Source: an uncultured Isosphaeraceae bacterium (lineage in GTDB: Bacteria; Planctomycetota; Phycisphaerae; Phycisphaerales; SM1A02). Taken from it: a stretch of DNA of 49,803 nt. Below, one piece after another: positions 9,073-17,908 of the stretch (position 1 is the stretch's first letter; each line of letters begins with the position of its first letter). The position numbers and the translations under genes are program-made. The notes beneath the pieces are model-generated. The model searched no databases. It saw nothing but the letters and a program-made list of their open reading frames with translations, and was not told the DNA's origin. The stretch lies in assembly GCA_964417845.1 (NCBI GenBank), contig CAYQJN010000003.1:1-49803 (forward strand), in the 5' to 3' direction.

Positions 9073-11421
9073 ATGCCCCACACCAAACGACTACTTGAAT
9101 CACCGACGGCCGCCACGCTGGCAGGCCTCACCCTGCTCTGGCTTGCCTCGACCCCGGCTGTTGCCGCGGATGTGCCGACCGGGGCGTGTTGTTATGAAGA
9201 TCCGGACCTCGGTGGGTTGGTGTGCATTGACGCGGCGAGCTCCCATTGCGAGTTCCTTGGGGGCTACTTCTATGGAGTCGGAACGGCCTGTGGTGATCCA
9301 ATGGTTGAGTGCGATGTGACTCCGGTTGAATCGGCGTGCTGTTACGAGGACGCAAACCTCGGATGGATGTGCCACATGCTGGAGGACTACAAGTGTGAGG
9401 ACATGGGTGGTACCTGGTATCCGGGTCTGGATTGCACAGATCCATCACTGGAATGCGACCCCTCGAGCGATGACCGCGGAGCGTGCTGCTACGAGGATTC
9501 AGACCTTGGTCTGGTCTGCGATCTTCTGATCGAGGACGATTGTCTTGCGCTTGGTGGGTATTGGTACGGTCCGGGGACGGCATGTACGGATGCTTACGTC
9601 GAGTGTGATCCTCTCCCGGTGACCGGGGCGTGTTGCGTCGAAGAGGATGCTGGATCCGGAAACTGGTTCTGCATGGACCTCACTCAGGCAGACTGCCAGA
9701 GCTCTGGGGGAGTCTGGTACGGTCTGGGGTCGCAGTGCTCGGATCCCGGGATCAACTGTGATCCGCCGGCGTGCGCTGCGGTTGCTGGCTCGGAGTGTGC
9801 GGGGCGACCGCAATACGCGTATCAGGATTTTCTGGCGTTTGGAAGTGGCCGCGTGGCGGTGCAGACGGTATCTCCTGCACTACCCGGGGATCGCGTGTTG
9901 ACCGTGTTCGATCTCGGCGTTCTTGGTGCGCAGCCCTTCAACATGGCAGCCGCAATCGGAAGGTATGCGCACTCATCCTGGAACGAGACGAATCTGGGGA
10001 GCATTCTGGGTGTCGCCCTCGATGAGGATGGCCATGTGTTTGTGACGGCATCGCAAACCTGGAACCTCGATGTGGCTGGTCCATCCGGGTGGGGGGCTGT
10101 CTACCGTATCGACGCCATCACGGCGGCGATCACCACATTCGCCGTACTTCCTACGTCGAACAGCAGTCTTGGCTCGATCACCTATGACTGTGACCATGAC
10201 CAGCTCCTGGTGAGCAACTTCGAGGACGGCCTGATCTATCGAGTCGATCACACCAGCGGCGTTGTGCTCGGGACGTTTGATCACGGTGTCCCGTGGTCCG
10301 GCGCACCTGGTCCGGCCGCACTGGGGGATCGTCCGTTTGGACTCGAAGTCAATGGCGATCGCCTCTACTACTCCCTGTGGAATGAAGACGCCAACAACGC
10401 GTCGACCGACAACAACGAGATCTGGTCGGTGGAACTGGATGCCACGGGTGCTCCGATCGCCAATGCCGAGCAACTTGAAATCGTGCTGACCGACACCTAC
10501 GTCGATCCCCCGTGGGTGTACTCGTCACCCGTTTCGGACATTGACTTCAGCCCATCGGGAACGATGCTGCTTGCTGAGCGAAGCCAGCTCGGAATCAACC
10601 ACATGGGTGCTCACTCGGCCCGCGTGCTGGAGTACGAGTGCACGGCGACCGGCTGGGTACAGACGAGCCACACGTTTGCGGTGGGACCTCCGCACTCCGC
10701 TTCAGGTGGTGTCGATGCCAAAGCTGATCGCGTGTGGGCTTCGGGTGATGCGCTCCACATCGGCGCGGGTGACAACATCTACGGCTTTCAGGGACTTCCA
10801 GCCACTGGCGGGACTACGGCGGACAGTTGGCTCATTGACTACAACAACAACGTCGGCATCCAGGACAAAACGATGCTTGGTGACCTGGTGGTCACCCGTG
10901 AGGGCGGGGCAGCACCAATGGCCGACTGCCCTGTCGTCCAGGTGCTCAATGTGACGTGTGACACGATGACACCGCCATACAGTTGGACTCTGGACATTGG
11001 AGTCAGTAATCAGGATGCAACCAACGCAATCGTTGGTGTGGCATTCACGCCGGGCGGGAGTGAGGTCTTCTCGGTCGGTTCGATGCCAATGAACCTGCCG
11101 CCGCAGCACTCATGGTCAGTGGATCCGCAGGTGAGCGGAGCCGCTCCGGGAAGCACCATCTGCTTTGATGTCACCGTTACCTTTGCCAACGGTGCAACCT
11201 GCACCGAGGAGGCCTGCGCGACGTTGGGGTACTGCGGCTGGATCCCCGGCGACTACGACTTCGACATGCTCGTGGGCGTCGATGACCTCATGGTTCTCAT
11301 CGGGGCGTGGGGCAACCAGTGCGGCAGTGATGATGGGCAGTGCCACCTGGTCGACATCGACCATGACGGAGCGGTCGGCATGGGCGACCTCCTGATGGTT
11401 CTGGACCGTTGGGAAGGCTGA
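9073..11421 (+). CDS. Secreted cysteine-rich-repeat protein with beta-propeller-like central region and dockerin-like tail
   Basis: GAGGAG precedes the ATG at 9073. Signal peptide ...LLWLASTPAVAADV. Four tandem six-Cys modules. About 500 aa with NHL/propeller-like strands (LLVSNFEDGLIYRVD, DRLYYSLWN). C-terminal dockerin-like tail. Confidence 0.9.
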   Translation: MPHTKRLLESPTAATLAGLTLLWLASTPAVAADVPTGACCYEDPDLGGLVCIDAASSHCEFLGGYFYGVGTACGDPMVECDVTPVESACCYEDANLGWMCHMLEDYKCEDMGGTWYPGLDCTDPSLECDPSSDDRGACCYEDSDLGLVCDLLIEDDCLALGGYWYGPGTACTDAYVECDPLPVTGACCVEEDAGSGNWFCMDLTQADCQSSGGVWYGLGSQCSDPGINCDPPACAAVAGSECAGRPQYAYQDFLAFGSGRVAVQTVSPALPGDRVLTVFDLGVLGAQPFNMAAAIGRYAHSSWNETNLGSILGVALDEDGHVFVTASQTWNLDVAGPSGWGAVYRIDAITAAITTFAVLPTSNSSLGSITYDCDHDQLLVSNFEDGLIYRVDHTSGVVLGTFDHGVPWSGAPGPAALGDRPFGLEVNGDRLYYSLWNEDANNASTDNNEIWSVELDATGAPIANAEQLEIVLTDTYVDPPWVYSSPVSDIDFSPSGTMLLAERSQLGINHMGAHSARVLEYECTATGWVQTSHTFAVGPPHSASGGVDAKADRVWASGDALHIGAGDNIYGFQGLPATGGTTADSWLIDYNNNVGIQDKTMLGDLVVTREGGAAPMADCPVVQVLNVTCDTMTPPYSWTLDIGVSNQDATNAIVGVAFTPGGSEVFSVGSMPMNLPPQHSWSVDPQVSGAAPGSTICFDVTVTFANGATCTEEACATLGYCGWIPGDYDFDMLVGVDDLMVLIGAWGNQCGSDDGQCHLVDIDHDGAVGMGDLLMVLDRWEG
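9181..9762 (+). repeat. Four tandem copies (about 147 nt / 46-50 aa period) of the six-Cys module
   Basis: The four units start GACCYEDPDLGGLVC, SACCYEDANLGWMC, GACCYEDSDLGLVC and GACCVEEDAGSGNWFC. Each continues ..C..GG.WY.G...C.....C. The repeat is also visible at the DNA level (gcgtg[ct]tg[ct]ta[ct]ga[ag]ga). Confidence 0.9.
11251..11418 (+). other. Dockerin-like C-terminal tail
   Basis: DYDFDMLVGVDDLMVLIGAWGNQCGSDDGQCHLVDIDHDGAVGMGDLLMVLDRWEG. Confidence 0.65.
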
Positions 11422-11438
11422 TTCAGTGACCCACTCGT

Positions 11439-11476
11439 GCTGAGATCGGGAGGCTGGAGGGCCTTTCGATCTCAGC
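11439..11476 (+). terminator. Hairpin 18 nt downstream of the 9073..11421 gene (possible terminator, no clear U-tract)
   Basis: GCTGAGATCG (11439..11448) pairs with CGATCTCAGC (11467..11476). 10-bp stem, 18-nt loop with internal AGGC/GCCT pairing. Confidence 0.35.
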
Positions 11477-11605
11477 TCGTCCGGTGGGGTGTGAGCTTGT
11501 GATCGATGGGGGGCACTTCAGTCCTTTTCCCTTGGCCGAACTTGATCCGGGAAGTAGGCTGGGGAGCCTCTTGGGAGCGTTACAGATATGAGGGAGTGGC
11601 TTCGT

Positions 11606-12331
11606 ATGAGTATGAACAGTTCGGTAGTCAATCGCATAGGCGTCGCAGGCATCCTCATGATGCTGGCCACCGCCACGGCGCAGGCAGGGCCCATCTTTGA
11701 CGAACCGCCGGGTGGGGACGCGGGGTCGTCAAAGGACACAGCCACAGACGTCAAGGGAGACAATGGTGGCCAGGTCGGAACCGTTCGGGGATCCTTGACC
11801 GGGACTTCGTCGCTTGCCGGGCTGAGCGATTGGCAGGATGTCTATCGCATCTATATCGAGAACCCGAACGAGTTCCGAGCAGAGACCTATTTTCTGGATG
11901 GCAACGACGCGCTTCGAGACCCGATGTTGTTCCTGTTTGATGAGCATGGAAAAGGTGTGATCGCCAATAACAACGTGCACGGTGACTCCACCCAATCCAA
12001 GTTGGTCAATGACGACGGTAACGGCGGACAGTATTTCTCTGAGGCCGGCATCTACTACCTGGCCATTACGTCTGCGATGAGTGAAGCGACGGTGGACATC
12101 CAGAGTGACTGGGTTCCGCTCTTTGAAATGGGGCAGCCTGGCAATGACACGGGCATTGTGCAGCCGCGTTCGGATTGGGCCGGTCTTCTGTGGTCAGATG
12201 GCTGGACGGACGTGACGGACTTCGAGAATTCTGGAGTCTATGAAATCGGATTGGCCGGTGTAGGGTCTGTTCCGGCCCCAGGCGCGATCGCGCTGCTTGC
12301 TCTTGGATTCAGGGGCCGACGTCGCCGGTAG
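11606..12331 (+). CDS. PEP-CTERM-anchored secreted protein with PPC (pre-peptidase C-terminal)-like domain
   Basis: GGGAG lies 9 nt before the ATG at 11606; the alternative ATG is at 11588. Signal peptide MSMNSSVVNRIGVAGILMMLATATAQA. DWQDVYRIYI...DPMLFLFDEHG...AGIYYLAITS resembles a PPC domain. The C-terminus VPAPGAIALLALGFRGRRRR has the PEP-CTERM architecture. Confidence 0.8.
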   Translation: MSMNSSVVNRIGVAGILMMLATATAQAGPIFDEPPGGDAGSSKDTATDVKGDNGGQVGTVRGSLTGTSSLAGLSDWQDVYRIYIENPNEFRAETYFLDGNDALRDPMLFLFDEHGKGVIANNNVHGDSTQSKLVNDDGNGGQYFSEAGIYYLAITSAMSEATVDIQSDWVPLFEMGQPGNDTGIVQPRSDWAGLLWSDGWTDVTDFENSGVYEIGLAGVGSVPAPGAIALLALGFRGRRRR

Positions 12332-14879
12332 AGGTCTCCGGGGGGAGTGCTGCGTGTCTGAGCGCGGCGGCCTCCTCCGTCTGGCCGCGAGCTTCCACCA
12401 GTTTGGCCAGTGACTGCATGCACTTTCGAGATTGTGGACTGCGTGCGCCTGTCGAATCGATGAACGCGGCGAGGGCCTTGTGGAGGCTCATTTCCGCTTG
12501 ATCGTGCTCTCCTCGGGCCTTCAGTAGAAGGCCTCTCAGGCGGTCATGTGACGCGCGTCGTTGCACACTGTCCGAGTGCTCATCAATCGTTGAAAGGAGC
12601 GATTGGGCGCCATCAAGATCGCCCGTGAGCAGCCTGATTTCGATATCAATGAGTGCTTCGTCATGTTGAGACGGGTGATCCTCGGGCAGCCTTCCCGATC
12701 GCAGTTGTCGCGCTTGGCGCAGATGATCACCCGCAGATTCGGCGTCGCGCTGAGCGATAGCAAGTCGTGCCAGCGCTGCGTGTGTGTTTGCAATTGACGT
12801 CTTGCTTCCTTGGAGTTGCTTAATGCGAAGTGCAGCGAGCAGGGCGGCCTCTCCCTCTTCGAATCGATCAAGTCTGGCGAGGCAATCGCCAAGGTTGTGC
12901 TGCAGCCGGCCGATTCGCCAATCAGCTTTCGGATCTGCAGAGATCGACTCAAGGTGGTCCAGAGTTTCACGCACCAACGGCAGTGCTTGTTCGGGTCTGT
13001 TGGTCAGGTGGGCGATGGCCATCGTGTTGAGGACGTTGGCCAGGGCAGTGCGTCGGCTGAGTTGTTCCTCATCGCTACTGGCGGCCAATACGAGCTCGCG
13101 GTGCCGGTTCAGTGCATCTTCGAGAACGCGATGGGATTCCTGATGCATTCCGGCGCGTTGAAGCGCTGCGCCGAGGTGCAGTGTGCTCTCGGCCGTCGTC
13201 TCGGCGAGGGGGTCCGTGTGAAGTCGATGTGCTACAGCGGCTCGGTACGCATCGACAGCGAGGCCATAGTCGGCTCGTTTGTAGTGGAGACGCCCCCGAA
13301 GATGAAGCAGATTGCCTGCTTCCGGACTCGGCTGCAAGACTGAGAGGTCTACTGTTTCCGCTGCGTGGTCGAGCGCCTGTTCGGCCTCCTCGTATCGCCC
13401 GCTTCCGATGTAGTTCTGTGCCAGATCGAGTCTGACTGCAGTCGCCACTTCCGGATAGTCCGTGAGATCCGTGTCAACGACGCGGAGCCATTGGGCCATC
13501 ATCTCGCCGATGCTGGACGCGGCCAGAGGTTGATCGATGTTCTCGGCGTCGGCAGTGCCGAGCACCTTCGACACCATGCCAACGGTGCCCCGAAGGCGTT
13601 CATTGGCGGTGGACGCCCGGTCCCAGGCCACCGTCATGAAGACACCGAACGCGATCAGAAGGCCGACGGCTGCGATGCCGCCGCTGACTGCGATCCAGTG
13701 TCGTTTCAGAAGCTTGCGCGCGACGTACCAGGCGTCGTCTCGCCGTGCTTCAATTGGCTCCCCTGCCATCCAATGTCGGAGGTCTCGCGCGAGATCCGCG
13801 GGGCCCTGGTATCTGCGATCGAGATCGCGGTCGATGGAGCGAAGAAGGATAGTCTCGAGATCGCGGTCCAAGGAAGGATCCACCGATCGAGGCGGTATGG
13901 GGGCCGCTTCCGCAATCGTCCTGACAACGTCGGCAATTGATCCTTCCAGAATGTAGGGCCGAGTGCCGAGCACGGCTTCGTAGAGCATGACTCCGATGGC
14001 GAAGACGTCGGTTCGGACATCGATCAGGTCGGGATCGCCCGAGACCTGTTCTGGGGAGGCGTAGGCGAATGTCCCCATGAACTCTCCGGCCATAGTGACT
14101 TCGAGTTGAGAAGACTCCCACTCCGAATCGTCTACAGGCTTGGCGAGTCCAAAGTCGAGGACATGGGGCCGCCCGTCTGAGTCGACCAGAACATTGTCTG
14201 GCTTGAGGTCGCGGTGGATGACGCCCTTGCGATGCGCTGCCGCTACAGCGTCACAGACGTCAGCGATCAGCGCCGTTTCAGTGCGGTGCCGGGCAGTCGG
14301 TGCCTCGTCCGTTTTTCGGCAAAGCCAGCCATCGAGGGGCTCTCCGTCCACATACTCCATCGCCAGCCAGGCCCGCCCGTCCTCGGTCGTGCCGCTGTCG
14401 TAGACCGTCACGATGCCAGGATGTTTGAGGGACGCGACCATCTCGACTTCGCGTTCAAACCGCACGAGTTGTCGTGGAGAGGCAAAGGCCCCCCGAAGCA
14501 GGACCTTCAGGGCGACCAGTCTTCGCGTGGCGGTCTGGCGAGCGAGGAAGACGGCTCCCTGCGCGCCTCGGCTGATTTCCTCTTCGATGGCATAGCCAGC
14601 TGCTTCTGGTGCCTCGACAATCGAACTGCCCCCAAACACACCGGCGCGATGAGCCTCTGCGAACTCATCGAGAAACCGATCCTCAGAAGTGTCGCCCGAT
14701 CGAGACACCACTGTGGCATGAGGATCGTCTGCGCTTCGGAGGCGCTCGATCTCCGCCGCGACGCTTCCGTCGTCCTCTTCCTCCAGCCACCTCATGATGT
14801 CAGAGGCGACCGTGCCATGCTGGGCGATGGCCCTGACTTCCTCGGGTGTGGGTTTGCGTGATGGAAAAGGCGTGCTCAT
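12309..14879 (-). CDS. Transmembrane Ser/Thr protein kinase with extracytoplasmic TPR-repeat region
   Basis: Hanks-type motifs are present: RGAQGAVFLA..VALK, HRDLKPDNVLV, DFGLAK, ASPEQ. TM segment WIAVSGGIAAVGLLIAFGVFMTVAW. About 430 aa of TPR-like helical repeats follow. The start ATG overlaps the sigma-factor stop (ATGA). Confidence 0.9.
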   Translation of the reverse strand: MSTPFPSRKPTPEEVRAIAQHGTVASDIMRWLEEEDDGSVAAEIERLRSADDPHATVVSRSGDTSEDRFLDEFAEAHRAGVFGGSSIVEAPEAAGYAIEEEISRGAQGAVFLARQTATRRLVALKVLLRGAFASPRQLVRFEREVEMVASLKHPGIVTVYDSGTTEDGRAWLAMEYVDGEPLDGWLCRKTDEAPTARHRTETALIADVCDAVAAAHRKGVIHRDLKPDNVLVDSDGRPHVLDFGLAKPVDDSEWESSQLEVTMAGEFMGTFAYASPEQVSGDPDLIDVRTDVFAIGVMLYEAVLGTRPYILEGSIADVVRTIAEAAPIPPRSVDPSLDRDLETILLRSIDRDLDRRYQGPADLARDLRHWMAGEPIEARRDDAWYVARKLLKRHWIAVSGGIAAVGLLIAFGVFMTVAWDRASTANERLRGTVGMVSKVLGTADAENIDQPLAASSIGEMMAQWLRVVDTDLTDYPEVATAVRLDLAQNYIGSGRYEEAEQALDHAAETVDLSVLQPSPEAGNLLHLRGRLHYKRADYGLAVDAYRAAVAHRLHTDPLAETTAESTLHLGAALQRAGMHQESHRVLEDALNRHRELVLAASSDEEQLSRRTALANVLNTMAIAHLTNRPEQALPLVRETLDHLESISADPKADWRIGRLQHNLGDCLARLDRFEEGEAALLAALRIKQLQGSKTSIANTHAALARLAIAQRDAESAGDHLRQARQLRSGRLPEDHPSQHDEALIDIEIRLLTGDLDGAQSLLSTIDEHSDSVQRRASHDRLRGLLLKARGEHDQAEMSLHKALAAFIDSTGARSPQSRKCMQSLAKLVEARGQTEEAAALRHAALPPETSTGDVGP

Positions 14880-15481
14880 GCCCCGTCTTCTTCGTACAAC
14901 GACTCGAGCGTCTGCACGATCTCCTTGAGCTTCTTGGCGATCCTGCTCTTGGCGAGATAGACGTCGTTGTCTGACATCTCAAGCGCTTCGGCCACGTCGC
15001 TTACGGAGCGCTTATGAAACACGAGCATCTCAAATGCCTGCACGGTTCGATCGGCTGTGCGTGACTCTGCTCTCAGCGACTCCAGCGATTCCCGGAGAAC
15101 GACGCGTCGGCGTTCCGCCTCCCACAAATCGTCAATGGCTTCGTCTCTTGGGAGTGTCACCAAGGCTGACTCGCCGCGTGCTTCCTTGCGAATGCCACGC
15201 TTGCGATGGACGTCAACAATCTTCGTTCGGGCGATGGCCAGTATCCACGATCGCATGCGACCTCGCTGACGGTCGTACTTTCCATCCCGATACTCACCCA
15301 GAACACGAATCATGGTGTCCTGGGCGACGTCGAGGGCATCTTGTTCAGTAAGACCGAGCCGACATGCGAGCCCCACAATGATCGGTCGGTATCTTCGGTC
15401 CAACAGCTCCCACGCGGCGTCGCCGCCGTCTTCATGGAGGTCGTGCAGAAGAGCCGTGGTGGTGTGAGTCACGTTGATCAT
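14876..15481 (-). CDS. ECF-type RNA polymerase sigma factor (sigma-70 family, regions 2 and 4)
   Basis: Region 2: DALDVAQDTMIRVL...WILAIARTKIVDVHRKR. Region 4 HTH: SVSDVAEALEMSDNDVYLAKSRIAKKLKE. 201 aa. Confidence 0.88.
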   Translation of the reverse strand: MINVTHTTTALLHDLHEDGGDAAWELLDRRYRPIIVGLACRLGLTEQDALDVAQDTMIRVLGEYRDGKYDRQRGRMRSWILAIARTKIVDVHRKRGIRKEARGESALVTLPRDEAIDDLWEAERRRVVLRESLESLRAESRTADRTVQAFEMLVFHKRSVSDVAEALEMSDNDVYLAKSRIAKKLKEIVQTLESLYEEDGA

Positions 15482-15511
15482 GACGCGTCCAAGGTACCCG
15501 ACCCCGCGCTA

Positions 15512-16594
15512 TCAGAGAACAGATTCGGCGCGGGGATACGACCCGAGCACCCGCAGGAGGACGCAGTGTGCCTCCGCACTCTGGAGGGCCGTGTTGAGGG
15601 CGTCGTCATCACGATGGGCATCCGCATCGATGAAGAACGTGTACTCCCAGTTGACTCGCTCGCTTGGTCGTTTATCGATGTGACAGAGATTGATGTCAGC
15701 ATCTCGAAACGCGGCAAGAACATCAACGAGTGCACCGGGTTCGTGACGTGTGACAAACATGATCGAAGTGCGGTCCGACCCGGTCGGGTTGGGACGCTGT
15801 TTGCCGATCGCGAGGAACCGCGTGATGTTCTCAGGCTTGTCCCCAATCCGTTCGGCCAGGACATTGACGTGGTAGATCGAGGCGGCGAGCCTCGATCCGA
15901 TGGCGGCCGTGCCGTCCTCTTCTGCGGCAAGCTGAACGGCCCTTGCAGAAGATGCTGTCGGTACCAACTCAGCGGTGGGGTAGTGTTCCTGAATCCAGCG
16001 TCGACATTGGGCGAGGACCTGAGGCTTTGAAGCCAACCGCCTGATGCTCCTTTGATCGCAATTGGCGATGAGGCAATGGGAGACTTCGATCAATGATTCT
16101 GCGCAGACGTTGACTTCGTACTCCACGAAGGCGTCCAGTGTGTCAGTGATGCCTCCGACAATGGAATTCTCCCAGGGGACGACGCCGTATTGAGCTGATC
16201 CGGAGAGGACGTCCCTGAAGACGGCGTCGATGTCAGCCGATTCGACCACGCCCACAGAGTGTCCGAAGTGTCGGATCGCGGCAACATGACTGAAAGACCC
16301 GGGAGGTCCGAGATAGGCAATCTGAAGTCCCTGCTCGATTCGGAAACTTCCCGACATCAACTCTCGCCAGATAGCTTCCAGTGTTCGATTGGAAAGCGGC
16401 CCTGTATTGAGTGATCGAATGCGATCCAGCACCGCCCGTTCCCGATGTGGCGCGTACACAGGAGTGTCGTCCTGCCGCTTGGTCCTGCCGACTTCCTCGA
16501 CGACCATTGCTCGTTCACTCAGGATGCGAACCAGATCGGTGTCCAGTGCATCGATTTTCGATCGAAGTGCTTCGAGATGACTTGGGGTGGTCAT
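15512..16594 (-). CDS. pheA: Bifunctional chorismate mutase / prephenate dehydratase (P-protein)
   Basis: N-terminal CM helix LEALRSKIDALDTDLVRILSERAMVVEEVGRTK. PDT domain IAYLGPPGSFSHVAA...VVPWENSIVGGI...TRFLAIG. ACT domain TSIMFVTRHEPGALVDVLAAF...WEYTFFID. Confidence 0.92.
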   Translation of the reverse strand: MTTPSHLEALRSKIDALDTDLVRILSERAMVVEEVGRTKRQDDTPVYAPHRERAVLDRIRSLNTGPLSNRTLEAIWRELMSGSFRIEQGLQIAYLGPPGSFSHVAAIRHFGHSVGVVESADIDAVFRDVLSGSAQYGVVPWENSIVGGITDTLDAFVEYEVNVCAESLIEVSHCLIANCDQRSIRRLASKPQVLAQCRRWIQEHYPTAELVPTASSARAVQLAAEEDGTAAIGSRLAASIYHVNVLAERIGDKPENITRFLAIGKQRPNPTGSDRTSIMFVTRHEPGALVDVLAAFRDADINLCHIDKRPSERVNWEYTFFIDADAHRDDDALNTALQSAEAHCVLLRVLGSYPRAESVL

Positions 16595-17814
16595 GTGAGG
16601 CTCGCTTTGGCGGAATCCGGTCGAGCGAAAATGAGCATGCCCAGCGCGCCAGTGGCGACAAAGATGGCCAGTGCGGCGAACGCAGCGTCATACCCCCCGA
16701 AATGATCGGTCAGCCAGCCTGTGAGGAGGGGAGTTGTCAGACCGGAGATTGAAAAGAAGGTCACCATGATGCCCGTCGCTGTTGCGGCGTGCTCCGAGAA
16801 AAGATCAGTGCACACTGAGTAGTACGGTGCGTTCGCTGCCATGGAGAATCCGATGCCCAGAGAAAGCATGAGAATGGCTACGGACTGAGAGTGGGTGAAG
16901 ATCAGCGGGACGAAGCACAACGCGCCAAGCAACTGAAAGAACCAGATCGGGTGGATCCGGGCACTTCGAATTCGCCCGGTGCGAACCATTCGGCGATCGG
17001 ACCACCATCCAACCAGCGGGATGAAGAGGCAGGCCAGTCCCCACGGAAGCGTGCTGAACCAGCCAACACTGGTGAGTTTCATGCCCCACGTCTCCTGGAA
17101 GTAACCGGGAATCCACGTGATTCCGAACCACAGCACATACCCGAACGCGAAGAACGACCAACTGGTGGCCAGCAGCGTTGGATGCCGAAGCAGCACCCAC
17201 CAATGGACTCGATGCGATGCAGGCACCGGCTGTGCGTCTGGTCTTCGCTTGTAGATCCAGAGGATGGCGACTCCGAGGAGCGCGCTTCCGATGGCGAGCA
17301 TGATGAACGCACGATGCCAGGCGACGGCCTCAATGAGATGGGACAGGACTGGTCCGCCGATCAGCAGCGCCGCGGGCACCCCGACCACCATGATGCCCAC
17401 CGCTCGCCCGGCAAGACGAGGCGGTATCCAGTCCGCGACGGCCCGGTTCATTGCAGGAAAGTTAACACCCTCGCCCAGGCCAAGGACGAAACGCATGACG
17501 AGGAAGAGCACCCACGCCTCTGCAAGGCCCAGCGCCGCCATGGCCGCAGACCAGACAAAGAGCCCAATGGCCCAGACAACTCGGACGCCCCAACGGTCCA
17601 GCAGAATGCCGCTGAGACCATTCACGCAGAGGGCGCCGAGGGCAAACAGGGAAATCGCGAGTCCGAACGCCGTGTTGGAGAGGTCGAACTCGTGCTTGAT
17701 CGGCTCAATGGCAAATGAAATGACGACGCGGTCAAGATAGTTCACCAGGCACAGCGCGAGCGCCAGACCGGTAACGGCCCAGGCCCGCCGAGCGACCGGA
17801 TGGTCGTTGCACAT
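16591..17814 (-). CDS. MFS transporter (anion:cation symporter-like)
   Basis: ORF 16591..18042 trimmed to the ATG at 17814 (MCNDHPVARRAW...). LVNYLDRVVISFA and LLDRWGVR motifs, about 12 hydrophobic segments. Its stop overlaps the pheA start (ATGA). Confidence 0.85.
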   Translation of the reverse strand: MCNDHPVARRAWAVTGLALALCLVNYLDRVVISFAIEPIKHEFDLSNTAFGLAISLFALGALCVNGLSGILLDRWGVRVVWAIGLFVWSAAMAALGLAEAWVLFLVMRFVLGLGEGVNFPAMNRAVADWIPPRLAGRAVGIMVVGVPAALLIGGPVLSHLIEAVAWHRAFIMLAIGSALLGVAILWIYKRRPDAQPVPASHRVHWWVLLRHPTLLATSWSFFAFGYVLWFGITWIPGYFQETWGMKLTSVGWFSTLPWGLACLFIPLVGWWSDRRMVRTGRIRSARIHPIWFFQLLGALCFVPLIFTHSQSVAILMLSLGIGFSMAANAPYYSVCTDLFSEHAATATGIMVTFFSISGLTTPLLTGWLTDHFGGYDAAFAALAIFVATGALGMLIFARPDSAKASLT

Positions 17815-17908
17815 GGTCACCGCTGGTCCTCCCTTCGGGCCATGATCGGCCAGTCGCCTGCCACGATACCTTGTCGGCATGCAGGTGGGCGATTCACCAG
17901 AGGCCGGG

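Noticed and set aside
15502-15535. Hairpin CCCCGCGC / GCGCGGGG (18-nt loop) spanning the pheA stop codon.
   Set aside because: There is no U-tract on the minus-strand transcript, and one arm lies inside coding sequence. It is plausible as an RNA structure but not supportable as a terminator. It is mentioned only in the operon finding.
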